Virus record (IMG/VR): IMGVR_UViG_3300036985_009087
Coordinates: 1-49,631 of that record
DNA length: 49,631 bases
Source of the DNA: a virus
Taxonomy: Duplodnaviria; Caudoviricetes
Strand: one strand, 5' to 3'
Part shown: positions 1-8,530 of the stretch, piece after piece
How the letters are laid out: the number at the start of each line of letters is the position of its first letter
How positions within the stretch are numbered: the stretch's first letter is position 1
The notes under the pieces: generated by a model
What the model saw: only the letters and a program-made list of their open reading frames with translations
What the model was told of the DNA's origin: nothing
The model's database searches: none
Translations under genes and position numbers: made by a program

Positions 1-2
1 TT

Positions 3-149
3 TGCGATCCAGTGCGATACTTTTTGGAATATCAGTCAAAAGACCATATCCGCGCTAATGGCGGAAAAATTTATAGGAACAATTCAACTCTCAAAAAATT
101 GTGGACCGAACAAGAATACCAAAATTTTCAGCAACAACTTCAGAAGTAA
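3..149 (+). CDS. C-terminal fragment of an upstream gene, possibly an amino acid:DNA transferase (aGPT-Pplase-like) base-modification protein; 5' truncated by window edge
   Basis: Frame 3 is open from the edge to TAA at 147-149: CDPVRYFLEYQSKDHIRANGGKIYRNNSTLKKLWTEQEYQNFQQQLQK. CDxxRY resembles the C[DE]xx[KR]Y motif of that family; it abuts the PLP-enzyme gene. Not in the ORF track. Confidence 0.35.
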   Translation, partial: CDPVRYFLEYQSKDHIRANGGKIYRNNSTLKKLWTEQEYQNFQQQLQK

Positions 150-955
150 ACCAAGACGCTGTCTATACTCGCGACCAGTATTTGGAGATGGTTGGCGACT
201 TCAAGAGTTCTTTCCCGACGCCGGTCATCGAGACGCACGAAAACCGCTATGTCGTACGCGAAGATTTGCTTGACGTCGGGACGAAAGCACGAGCCGGCGA
301 GTTTTTAATTGCGACATGTCCTAGCGACACCATCGTATATGTTCAGCCGCGCTGCGGTTTTGCCGGAATTTCATTGACCAAGCTCTGTAAAATGTACGGC
401 AAAAAGCTTGTTTTGTTTATGCCGTCGTCAAAAGAAGTATCCAACCATCAAGCCTGGTGCATCGAACACGGCTGCGACTACCACTTCTACAGGATTGCAG
501 CGATGCCTAACCTAAATCTGATTGCGGCTAAGTGGGCAGAGGAGAACGATGCATTTTTTGTGCCTCTTGGTTTGCGGCATAAACTCGTCACGGCTATGAT
601 GGTCAAGGTCGCGTACGAGCTTTGTGAACCGGATTCCTTTTGGACGGCGTTCTCTACAGGAGTTCTCAATCGAGCGTTGCAAATTGCTTGGCCGAATGCC
701 GAAGCTAACGGTGTAGCGGTGGCTAGAAATATCCATGAAGGGGAAAAGGGTCGAGCTAAAATCGTCGGACACTATCGCGCGTTCTCCCAAGATAGCTTAA
801 CGCTTCCACCATTTCCGTCTGCGTCTAACTACGATGCCAAAGTTTGGGAATTCACCGAGCCTGGCGATTTGTTTTGGAATGTGGCCGGAGAAGTCAAGAG
901 CAACATTAACCCGAAAACAATTAACTCCTACAGAGACTGGAACAAAAAACAATGA
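101..955 (+). CDS. PLP-dependent enzyme (fold type II, cysteine synthase/Trp synthase beta-like) of the kind found in phage DNA hypermodification clusters
   Basis: VVREDLLDVGTKAR (Schiff-base Lys), G-F-A-G-I-S-L segment, FSTGVL phosphate-binding loop, YDAKVW and FWNVAG C-terminal motifs. GTG start uncertain. Confidence 0.75.
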   Translation: MDRTRIPKFSATTSEVNQDAVYTRDQYLEMVGDFKSSFPTPVIETHENRYVVREDLLDVGTKARAGEFLIATCPSDTIVYVQPRCGFAGISLTKLCKMYGKKLVLFMPSSKEVSNHQAWCIEHGCDYHFYRIAAMPNLNLIAAKWAEENDAFFVPLGLRHKLVTAMMVKVAYELCEPDSFWTAFSTGVLNRALQIAWPNAEANGVAVARNIHEGEKGRAKIVGHYRAFSQDSLTLPPFPSASNYDAKVWEFTEPGDLFWNVAGEVKSNINPKTINSYRDWNKKQ

Positions 956-1578
956 GTGCTAACCATCATTGCTTAAACGCGTCAATTCCTCAGCATCTTT
1001 ATGGCTACGTGAACCGTCTTTTTTTGACGGGCTACGACCCAGAAGAAGAACTTAATTACGAGCCGTGCGTCATTTTTGGCGTGACGTCGATTCCTTCACG
1101 CGCGTTGCATTTTTCAATTTTATGCGAAAGCGGGGCGCAGTGGGCAAGAGTCCCATTACATATGTTACGCTGGGAAATTCCGGCAATAGACAAAGCACCA
1201 GAGCATCCACTCTCCGAGTTGCAAATGTGGGATTCTCACGGTTGGGATTTTAGCGTTTGCCGTTACGAGTATTTGCGCGAACTCGGTTGCCAATACCGCA
1301 AGCGCAACGGCATGTTATTGCCCGCGTCGTATTGGTTCACCCTCGATCACACTGACAACGGATACAGTCAGTATCCGCCTGAGCATAAGTGCTACCATTT
1401 GCTTTTGATTGAAGATGGATCTGGACAAATTGCGGCGCAACCAAATAATCGCATCGTGTGGCACGATGATAGTTTTGTCAAGCCAGGACATAGTCTGGAC
1501 TACAAAGTCGTAACGCGCGAAACTTATCACGCCGAGATTGGAAGCAATCCCCAAGACACCGCTTTTACAACTGAGTAA
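952..1578 (+). CDS. Conserved phage hypothetical protein
   Basis: 208-aa ORF, ATG overlapping upstream stop; conserved-looking motifs (LQMWD, EHKxxH, AAQPNNRIVW); no function recognised. Confidence 0.7.
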   Translation: MSANHHCLNASIPQHLYGYVNRLFLTGYDPEEELNYEPCVIFGVTSIPSRALHFSILCESGAQWARVPLHMLRWEIPAIDKAPEHPLSELQMWDSHGWDFSVCRYEYLRELGCQYRKRNGMLLPASYWFTLDHTDNGYSQYPPEHKCYHLLLIEDGSGQIAAQPNNRIVWHDDSFVKPGHSLDYKVVTRETYHAEIGSNPQDTAFTTE

Positions 1579-1583
1579 ATTTT

Positions 1584-1636
1584 TTAAAAAAAATGTTTAC
1601 TTAGCAGCTGGCTATGATAAAACCGACATTGTCATG
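1584..1636 (+). promoter_or_regulatory. Early promoter, copy 1 of a repeated motif
   Basis: A-tract, TTTACT (1596-1601), AGCAGC spacer core, TG-A-TAAAAC (1615-1623), then GTCATGAG start; similar to elements at ~11420, ~12620 and ~13630. Confidence 0.55.
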
Positions 1637-1927
1637 AGCACCACAAATACCCAACTCACCATCAAGCAAAATTTCAAGCGCCGCTTCCATAAATACGAGC
1701 ACGCACCGATAGAGTTCGACCCCGTAATCCCAGCGGGCACCGTCGTCGAATATCAGCATGGCGACATCCGAGCCGACTATCGGGTTGATGAATCCACTGG
1801 CGACATCGTTACCTCTAAGCACTCTACCTGCGCCCTCCAATATGTTCCTATCCTCTGGAAAGGCCGGGCCGGTTTTGTTTGCACTATTGACATGGCGGTC
1901 CTTAACTAAAACCGACATTGTCATGAG
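1618..1927 (+). repeat. 21-bp perfect direct repeat TAAAACCGACATTGTCATGAG (1618-1638 and 1907-1927)
   Basis: Read directly; each copy contains a start codon followed by similar MSTT(N/T) coding sequence. Confidence 0.9.
1634..1909 (+). CDS. Small hypothetical early protein (91 aa)
   Basis: Start re-assigned to the ATG in the GTCATGAG motif downstream of the promoter (MSTTNTQLTIK...). Confidence 0.65.
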   Translation: MSTTNTQLTIKQNFKRRFHKYEHAPIEFDPVIPAGTVVEYQHGDIRADYRVDESTGDIVTSKHSTCALQYVPILWKGRAGFVCTIDMAVLN

Positions 1928-1988
1928 TACAACAACCAACCAAGTTACTTTTTACGATGCACCAAACATCATGCTACACGAACAATGA
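1923..1988 (+). CDS. 21-aa mini-ORF or gene remnant translationally coupled to dCMP deaminase
   Basis: MSTTTNQVTFYDAPNIMLHEQ* starts in the second repeat copy; its TGA overlaps the deaminase ATG (ATGA). Confidence 0.4.
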   Translation: MSTTTNQVTFYDAPNIMLHEQ

Positions 1989-2437
1989 AACGCTTACCGA
2001 TAGACAACTACGCGATGGCTATTGCTTTTGCTGCGTCCATGCGCAGCGAAGATCCATCCAGGAAAGTTGGCGCAGTGGCGCTAGACTGGGAAAACCGGGT
2101 CATAGCCACAAGTTATAACGGGCTTCCGAAAGGATTCCAAGAACCGGATTCTTTCTGGGAAGACCACGACAAACGTCGTAAGTTTGTGGTACACGCTGAG
2201 ACTAATCTTTGTTCATTGACGGTGCGCGGTCAAGTTCTCACGGTAGCGGTAACAACGATGCCTTGCGCAGCTTGCGCCATAAACCTTGTGGCTCATGGCG
2301 TCAAAAAGGTTATTTACGGCGAAGACTATCCGCGCGATCCCGTAGGACGAGAAATCCTCGAGCATTACTGCGTAGAATTAACTCACGTTCCGCACAATGT
2401 TTTAACCCACATCAATTTTAGTCAACAACCATTATGA
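1985..2437 (+). CDS. dCMP deaminase (ComEB/deoxycytidylate deaminase family)
   Basis: SEDPSRKVGA, YNG, HAETN and PCAAC zinc-binding motifs. Confidence 0.92.
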   Translation: MKRLPIDNYAMAIAFAASMRSEDPSRKVGAVALDWENRVIATSYNGLPKGFQEPDSFWEDHDKRRKFVVHAETNLCSLTVRGQVLTVAVTTMPCAACAINLVAHGVKKVIYGEDYPRDPVGREILEHYCVELTHVPHNVLTHINFSQQPL

Positions 2438-3594
2438 GTACACTAAACCATAGCGAGCGCGAGCATTCGCGCATATCCCCATCAGGACTAAAGTCCTTGC
2501 AGGTTTGTCCGGGTTATCAATCCGATGGCAAAGAAAACGCAGCTTCTAAACGCGGTACTAGTTTGCACGAAATCATGGAACTCGGCAAAATTCCGGATAA
2601 TTGCACGCTACCTCCTGAAGACATTGCCGTGGCAAATCAAGTTTTAGAATTGCTAAAAGAGATTGACGCTCAAAGCGAGTATGAACCTATTGTGGAAATA
2701 CTTGTTCGTTACGACGCGCTAAAGCTCAAAGACTTTGAGCAAGGTCATATTGACCGAGTATTAGTTCTTGACACGAATCCTGAAGGCGAACCTACTAAGC
2801 TAGAATTGGTCGACTTTAAGTTTGGACAATGGGAGGTTGATTCACTTCACGAAAATATCCAGTTCAGGGCTTACGCTCTAGGTCTTTTCTTGCAATTTCC
2901 TGCAGTACAAGTTATCCGATTACGACTCGTTCAACCAGCACTGAACATCAATACTACGTACGATTTAACTCGCTCAAAAGACTACGAGTTGATTGTCACG
3001 CAAGTTAAGTCAATCGTCAAGCGCAAGCATCACTACGACGAAACTAAAGATGCAAGCATGCTCAAACCCGAATCGCAATGCGCATTCTGTGCGGCTCAAG
3101 CGACTTGCAAAAAGTGGCAAGAGCACATGGTTCGAGTAGCCAACGAGAGTAACTTTCTCGGCACGCAAGTCGTACCGATCGAAAAAGTAGATGATCCGTA
3201 CTCGGCCGAGCCGAATGAAGTCGTTAGAATCTTCCGCTGGATCAAACCCATGGAAGATTACCTGAAAAAAGTCAAAAAATTGGCTTTGGCTTGTTATGAC
3301 AATGGTAGATTTTCGGACGAGTTCACGCTTATCGAAAAGTCAGGCGACGTGACAGTCGTCGACCCGATCCTTGCCCGCGACTTATTACAGCAGCACTACG
3401 GCATTGATCCGATGGAATACTTGGCATCTTGTGAGATTTCTTTAACCAAAATACGCGAGTTAGTTGGCGCAAAAGCTTCTCAAGGCAATAAAGGAAAAGA
3501 TCAAGAAGAAGCCATCAAACTTCTTTCTGATAACGGGATCATACAATATGGCCCTGAAATCCGATATGTCCAGTTATCGCGTAAACGCAAATGA
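2434..3594 (+). CDS. PD-(D/E)XK exonuclease, DUF2800/Cas4-like
   Basis: HSRISPS...CPG, GTxLHE, GHID, VDFKFG, NIQFRAYALG, CxFCxxxxxC. Confidence 0.85.
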   Translation: MSTLNHSEREHSRISPSGLKSLQVCPGYQSDGKENAASKRGTSLHEIMELGKIPDNCTLPPEDIAVANQVLELLKEIDAQSEYEPIVEILVRYDALKLKDFEQGHIDRVLVLDTNPEGEPTKLELVDFKFGQWEVDSLHENIQFRAYALGLFLQFPAVQVIRLRLVQPALNINTTYDLTRSKDYELIVTQVKSIVKRKHHYDETKDASMLKPESQCAFCAAQATCKKWQEHMVRVANESNFLGTQVVPIEKVDDPYSAEPNEVVRIFRWIKPMEDYLKKVKKLALACYDNGRFSDEFTLIEKSGDVTVVDPILARDLLQQHYGIDPMEYLASCEISLTKIRELVGAKASQGNKGKDQEEAIKLLSDNGIIQYGPEIRYVQLSRKRK

Positions 3595-3833
3595 CGCTAA
3601 CTAACTTTCAAAAGATGCTAGCCGACGAGGATTTACTCCCGGCGTGCATCGTAGACCATGAAACAACTTTCGCACAAATGAAGTTCACTGACTTGGATGT
3701 CGTGCAACTCGTCTTTGCGACTAGAGAATTTAGCCCGGATTTCGACGTGGAATTCGGGTCAGCTGACGAAATGTCGGTTGGCCAATGGCTAAAACTGGCT
3801 GAATGCCAGGAAACCAACAAACAAACTAAATAA
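3591..3833 (+). CDS. Acyl-carrier-protein-like small acidic protein lacking the phosphopantetheine Ser
   Basis: TTFAQMKFTDLDVVQLVFA...FDVEF...ADEMSVGQWL aligns by eye with ACP SFVEDLGADSLDTVELVMA...FDTEI...AEKITTVQAAI. Confidence 0.5.
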   Translation: MTLTNFQKMLADEDLLPACIVDHETTFAQMKFTDLDVVQLVFATREFSPDFDVEFGSADEMSVGQWLKLAECQETNKQTK

Positions 3834-3847
3834 CACACATACATAAT

Positions 3848-4825
3848 ATGGCAGTTGTACCAATGAAGTTGTCGCTGAAAAAGAAAACAGCAGACGTGAC
3901 ACCCGCACAAAACGCAGTTCAAGAAGAACCCGTAGCTCCAAAAAGACTTACTAAAAAAGTTGAAGACGAGCAAATGGATTTATTCGAAGACGCTCCGGCA
4001 AAACCTGTAGTCCAAGTTAAACCTGAACCTGTAGAAGAAGTTCAGAAATTGAAAAAAGCCGCGATCGTTGAAAAAACTCTGGCGCCTAAAGTTAAAGAAG
4101 TTGACGAAGTCGACGAAGAACTTGAAATCATTAGTTCCGATCCGACGGACCGCGCTTTGGCCAATTTCTCGCCAATGGCAATGGGAACGATCGATGGCGC
4201 AATCACAGAGCGCGATCTTTTGCGCCCGCGTATCACCATGGTTCAAGCCAATTCGTCAGATTTGGAAGAACGAGGATATACCGTTGGCCAAATCGTTCTG
4301 AATGGACAGGTGTTGATCTGGGACAAAGGTTTCGATCCTCTTAACTTGGTCCTCGTAACAGGTCGTAAAAAGTTTATTCAAAAACTTTCCGACGAGGAAT
4401 ACAAAGAAGGAGTTATTCCGATGATCTTTGAAAATCCTAAGGACGCAGAAGCCGCCGGATTTACTACCGAGTGGGAAAATAATGAACCTCCAACCGTTGA
4501 CCCGGCGTTGTTCTGCTTGTTCCTCTTGCAACAACCGGATTACATCGAACCAGATCCGATTTTCAGCATGGAGTTTGACGGTAAAGCATACACGCTTGCA
4601 GAAATGCGTTTTTCAGGCGTTAACTTCCGTAGTTCCAGTGCGGGCCGTTGGCTAATGACGCAAACGCGCACATCGCTTGCGCCCGATAGTCGGCATTTTT
4701 CAATCGGTATGACATGCTCTCGTGAAAAACAGAAATCCGGGAATATTGTTACGGTTGCTTCATTCCGCAATCAAGGGCGCCACAAAAATCCACGATTCAT
4801 AGAGTGGGTTATGTCGCTCGCATAA
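3848..4825 (+). CDS. Replication-module protein, probable ssDNA-binding protein with low-complexity N-terminus
   Basis: Lies between DUF2800 nuclease and PolA, the slot usually held by SSB; PRITMVQ motif; function inferred from synteny only. Confidence 0.45.
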   Translation: MAVVPMKLSLKKKTADVTPAQNAVQEEPVAPKRLTKKVEDEQMDLFEDAPAKPVVQVKPEPVEEVQKLKKAAIVEKTLAPKVKEVDEVDEELEIISSDPTDRALANFSPMAMGTIDGAITERDLLRPRITMVQANSSDLEERGYTVGQIVLNGQVLIWDKGFDPLNLVLVTGRKKFIQKLSDEEYKEGVIPMIFENPKDAEAAGFTTEWENNEPPTVDPALFCLFLLQQPDYIEPDPIFSMEFDGKAYTLAEMRFSGVNFRSSSAGRWLMTQTRTSLAPDSRHFSIGMTCSREKQKSGNIVTVASFRNQGRHKNPRFIEWVMSLA

Positions 4826-4828
4826 TTT

Positions 4829-4915
4829 GGGCGCTAGTTCCTTAGGGCTTCGGGACTAGCGGCTCATGACACCCGAGCTGGCAGACCTCGGTCAAAAGCT
4901 GTCTGCCTATTTTTT
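4829..4915 (+). ncRNA. Structured intergenic RNA: hairpin plus H-type pseudoknot ending in a U-tract
   Basis: Stem GCTAGTTCC(4833-41)/GGGACTAGC(4852-60); crossed stems CCGAG(4873-77)/CTCGG(4887-91) and GGCAGAC(4880-86)/GTCTGCC(4901-07); then TATTTTTT. Confidence 0.55.
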
Positions 4916-5557
4916 ATGAACCAACCCGCAATTTACCGATTTAGAATTGTAGATTTTCCTGACCACGAAGACAGCGTTACAGGTTTTCACTTTTCATTTT
5001 TAGCAAACCTGACCGACATAGCCACACTCCCTAATCTTCCTTGGACGACGATCTTTGTGGATTCTCCAGAAGAAGCCGGCGAACCTTTGGCCTGGCGAAT
5101 GAATGCCACAGACCAATCTACATTCGTGGAGTTGGAAACAATTTCAGATGCCGGTATGTCTACTATGTTAGACGAAGCTCGGAAAGCTTGGCAAAATTTA
5201 ATCGCTACAACTTTTAAGAATGCTCGCTACATGTCATTGTTAGGAGCGCACCGCGAAGTCATTGACAGAGTCCAAGAACCGATTAAAAAGCGGCGCGTTA
5301 AAGTCTACACGCTGCAAAATGATTTTCTAGCCAAAATGTACGCGATAGGATCCGCGGATATCGTTCGTATAGCGGGAGTCCTTTCAAGGAAAGATAGCGA
5401 AGACGATGCCGATCATTTTATCGGGGCCATAAAACTTGAACATTTTTTGTGGGGACTAAACGAAACCCGTCTCGAAGAATGGCAACAACAGCGTTACGAC
5501 AAGGCCATTGCCGGAGATTACAGTTTGTTTGCTAGTAAATACAAGCCACAAGAATGA
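4916..5557 (+). CDS. Hypothetical protein
   Basis: 213-aa ORF whose stop overlaps the polymerase start (ATGA). Confidence 0.7.
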   Translation: MNQPAIYRFRIVDFPDHEDSVTGFHFSFLANLTDIATLPNLPWTTIFVDSPEEAGEPLAWRMNATDQSTFVELETISDAGMSTMLDEARKAWQNLIATTFKNARYMSLLGAHREVIDRVQEPIKKRRVKVYTLQNDFLAKMYAIGSADIVRIAGVLSRKDSEDDADHFIGAIKLEHFLWGLNETRLEEWQQQRYDKAIAGDYSLFASKYKPQE

Positions 5558-7341
5558 AAAAACCATTTGTAGCCATTGACTTTGAAACTTCTTTTTTCCC
5601 TAAACGGAAGATCGGCTTAAAAACCATGGGCGTCGATCAATATCTTTGGCACCCGGAAGTTGAAATTTATCTAGTCTCGGTTTATTCCGATATTTTAGAG
5701 CCTTTTGTTGGTCACCCATACGATATGGATTGGAGTCTTATCAAAGACTTTGATTGGGTCAGTCATAATGCCGGATTTGATCGCCGGGTTTTCCGTAGAC
5801 TTTGCCATTTAAGACCGGAAATTGCTGAGGGCGAAACAAAGTACTGGCAATGTACGGCAAACTTGTCTACGTGGTTTGGCCACCCAAGAGACTTAAAGAA
5901 AGCATGCGCCGCAGTGTTTAATAGCGACATTAGCAAAGACGCTCGGAAAAAGATGGAAAACAAAGCCTATACCGAGTTAAAACATTCAAGCGATTGGAAT
6001 GAAATTTTAGATTACGCCGCTCGCGACGCGTATTGGTGTTGGCGTCTTTGGGATGAACTCGCCGACGCATGGCCTCAAATCGAGAAAGACATATCGGATA
6101 TGACGACTCGGCAAGTCATGCGCGGTTTACCTTGCGATAAAGAGTATCTCGATCGATCAATCAAAAAACTTGAGCGCGAATGCTGGGAAGCAAAGAATAA
6201 TATTCCATGGGCTAGTAACTCCAACGACAAAGCCGTATTAAGTCCTATTGCCTTGGCCGAAGAATGCCGCAAGATTAATGTGGCTCCGCCTAAGTCGATG
6301 GCTGAAGACAATCCTGAAACGCAGCAATGGGAAATAGACAATCTGTCCATTCCGTGGGTCAAAGAAATGCGCCGATATCGGAAAGCAAATTTGTTACTGA
6401 CAAAACTAAGTACGATGAAAAACCGTCTTCGGCCGTACGATGGTCGTTTTGACTTCAGCCAAAAATACTGCGGAGCCCATACAAAGCGCACTTCCGGCGA
6501 CCAAGGATTCAATGTTCAAGGTTTTCAGCGTGATCCATACATGTGCAGCGATAACGAGCGCGTGGATATGCGCCGGGTCATCCATTCAATGGATGGCGGC
6601 AAACTCATTATCGCCGATCTTGCGCAAATCGAACCTAGGACGTTAGCTTGGATTACCGATGACCGAGCTAAAATTGAACTAATCAATAAAGGCGTTTCGG
6701 TCTACGAAGTTCACGCGATTCAAACGTTGGGTTGGTCCGGCGGAAATCTTAAAAAGGAAGACCCTAAAACGTATGCGCTTTGCAAAATGCGCGTCCTTGG
6801 ACTTAGTTATGGCTGCGGATGGCAAAGATTCATTGACTATTGCTTCAACCAGTTCGGATACGAGCTTAGCGATCGTGATTCAAAGATGCAAGTCAACGAT
6901 TTTCGCCGTAAAGAACGGTTGATTGTCGGTTTATGGAATCAACTACAAAGCAAGCTTGAAAATTCAGCCGGTCAAGATTTAGAAATTGAGTTGCCTTCTT
7001 GGAATACTTTAAAGTATCGCGATGTGCGCAAAGTTGCCGGTCAGATTACGGCTACTCTTGCGACTGGACGCGTCAACAAAATTTGGGGCAGTCTGGCTGT
7101 TGAGAATATTATTCAATCTACGGCGAGAGATTGTTTTTACGAGAAGCTCATACAAATCGAAAATGCCGGGATTCCAACGTTGTTTAGCGTGCACGATGAA
7201 GTCATTACGGATGAAATTCCGGAAGATCAACAAAAAGATGCGCTAGAAACCGTCGAAAGTATTATGCGCGGCGAATGCGCGTGGATGCCTGGAATTGCCT
7301 TAGACTCAGAAATCACCGTTAGTCCCTTCTATTTAAAATGA
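5554..7341 (+). CDS. polA: DNA polymerase family A with 3'-5' exonuclease domain
   Basis: ExoI DFET, ExoII HNAGFD, ExoIII YAARD; motif A DLAQIEPR; motif B KMRVLGLSYG; ENIIQSTARD; motif C VHDE. Confidence 0.95.
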   Translation: MKKPFVAIDFETSFFPKRKIGLKTMGVDQYLWHPEVEIYLVSVYSDILEPFVGHPYDMDWSLIKDFDWVSHNAGFDRRVFRRLCHLRPEIAEGETKYWQCTANLSTWFGHPRDLKKACAAVFNSDISKDARKKMENKAYTELKHSSDWNEILDYAARDAYWCWRLWDELADAWPQIEKDISDMTTRQVMRGLPCDKEYLDRSIKKLERECWEAKNNIPWASNSNDKAVLSPIALAEECRKINVAPPKSMAEDNPETQQWEIDNLSIPWVKEMRRYRKANLLLTKLSTMKNRLRPYDGRFDFSQKYCGAHTKRTSGDQGFNVQGFQRDPYMCSDNERVDMRRVIHSMDGGKLIIADLAQIEPRTLAWITDDRAKIELINKGVSVYEVHAIQTLGWSGGNLKKEDPKTYALCKMRVLGLSYGCGWQRFIDYCFNQFGYELSDRDSKMQVNDFRRKERLIVGLWNQLQSKLENSAGQDLEIELPSWNTLKYRDVRKVAGQITATLATGRVNKIWGSLAVENIIQSTARDCFYEKLIQIENAGIPTLFSVHDEVITDEIPEDQQKDALETVESIMRGECAWMPGIALDSEITVSPFYLK

Positions 7342-7841
7342 ACAAACCAATACCAAAATCCCTGCCACAACCACTACCGCACTTCACGGTTTCCGTGATT
7401 CCTTTGGATCCAGAAAACTTGACTACGGCGTTACTCTACCGAGGCGAAGGAGTGCGCTCTGCTAAAAATTGTCTGGCCATTCCATCCGGACTTTTAGAAC
7501 ATGGCGAATCTTTTGAAGAGTCTATCGTGCGAGAACTAGAAGAAGAACTTGGCATACCCGCGGATGCTTGCGGATTCCTTAAATTTCACTCACTTTACCG
7601 GAATATTTTACCAGACGGTTTTGATTGGGTAATCGGAATTTGGAGTATAGAAGTTTCTAACTTGGCGGATCTCGCGAAAAACTGTGAACCCGACAAACAC
7701 GATTACGTGAAAGTGGTGAAACTTTATGAACTTTGGGATTGGCTTAATAATGAAAAGTCTCTTGAATTTGCGCCTAATTTAGCGGAAAACTTAAAACCCG
7801 TTGTCCGCGAAATTCTAATAAATGCCCCGATCGGAAAATGA
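7338..7841 (+). CDS. Nudix hydrolase
   Basis: Nudix box GLLEHGESFEESIVRELEEELG; EPDKH motif. Confidence 0.92.
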   Translation: MNKPIPKSLPQPLPHFTVSVIPLDPENLTTALLYRGEGVRSAKNCLAIPSGLLEHGESFEESIVRELEEELGIPADACGFLKFHSLYRNILPDGFDWVIGIWSIEVSNLADLAKNCEPDKHDYVKVVKLYELWDWLNNEKSLEFAPNLAENLKPVVREILINAPIGK

Positions 7842-8530
7842 ACCCAATCATCATCATTGAAGGCCCGGATGGTTGCGGTAAAACAACATGGTGCAAACAC
7901 TACCAAGCCATGTTCGGTGGAAAGTATATGCATCTTGGATTGCATAAAAATCTATACGCTTATCAGACTATGAGCTTAGTTCGCGCGGTGTATTGGGCGA
8001 AAAAAGTTCCGGTACTCATCGATAGGCATTGGCCTTCGGAACAAATCTACGGATCTGTTTACCGCGGGGCATGTTTGCGTAAAGAAGCCGCTCGGTTAGA
8101 AAAGTTTTGCGAGAGTATTGGTGTTTTTTATGTCGTGGCCATTGGCGATGATGCCGATTCTATGGCAAATTGGCACCAAGAAACTTCGGCTCAGCGTCCT
8201 GAAATGTACTCGCCTGACTCGGACTACCGAAAAGTACTAAATGGCTATCTTGATTGGTGGTCAGGTAAAAGTACTTGCGCCATAAATATCGGCCATTGCG
8301 CTGAAACTAAGCCTATGTGCGCTAAATTTTTTTCGGCCATCCAGTATAACCGCGAAGGGTTTAACGGCCAGACCGGTATTAACAACCATATTCATATTAC
8401 CCAGGTTTTAGCTACAAACTGGCGTAATTTTCGGCTTTCATTAAAAGACAGCAACACCCTCACTAAAAACCAACTCATCGAAGAATGCGGATATGAAGCC
8501 CCAAAAAACAGCAACCAGCGCATGGTTTGA
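7838..8530 (+). CDS. Deoxynucleoside monophosphate (thymidylate-like) kinase
   Basis: IIIIEGPDGCGKTT P-loop; IDRHWPSEQIY motif. Confidence 0.85.
   Translation: MNPIIIIEGPDGCGKTTWCKHYQAMFGGKYMHLGLHKNLYAYQTMSLVRAVYWAKKVPVLIDRHWPSEQIYGSVYRGACLRKEAARLEKFCESIGVFYVVAIGDDADSMANWHQETSAQRPEMYSPDSDYRKVLNGYLDWWSGKSTCAINIGHCAETKPMCAKFFSAIQYNREGFNGQTGINNHIHITQVLATNWRNFRLSLKDSNTLTKNQLIEECGYEAPKNSNQRMV

Noticed and set aside
2434-3594. Cas4-like nuclease as part of a CRISPR system
   Set aside because: No other cas genes or array; its context is the standard phage nuclease-SSB-PolA replication module.
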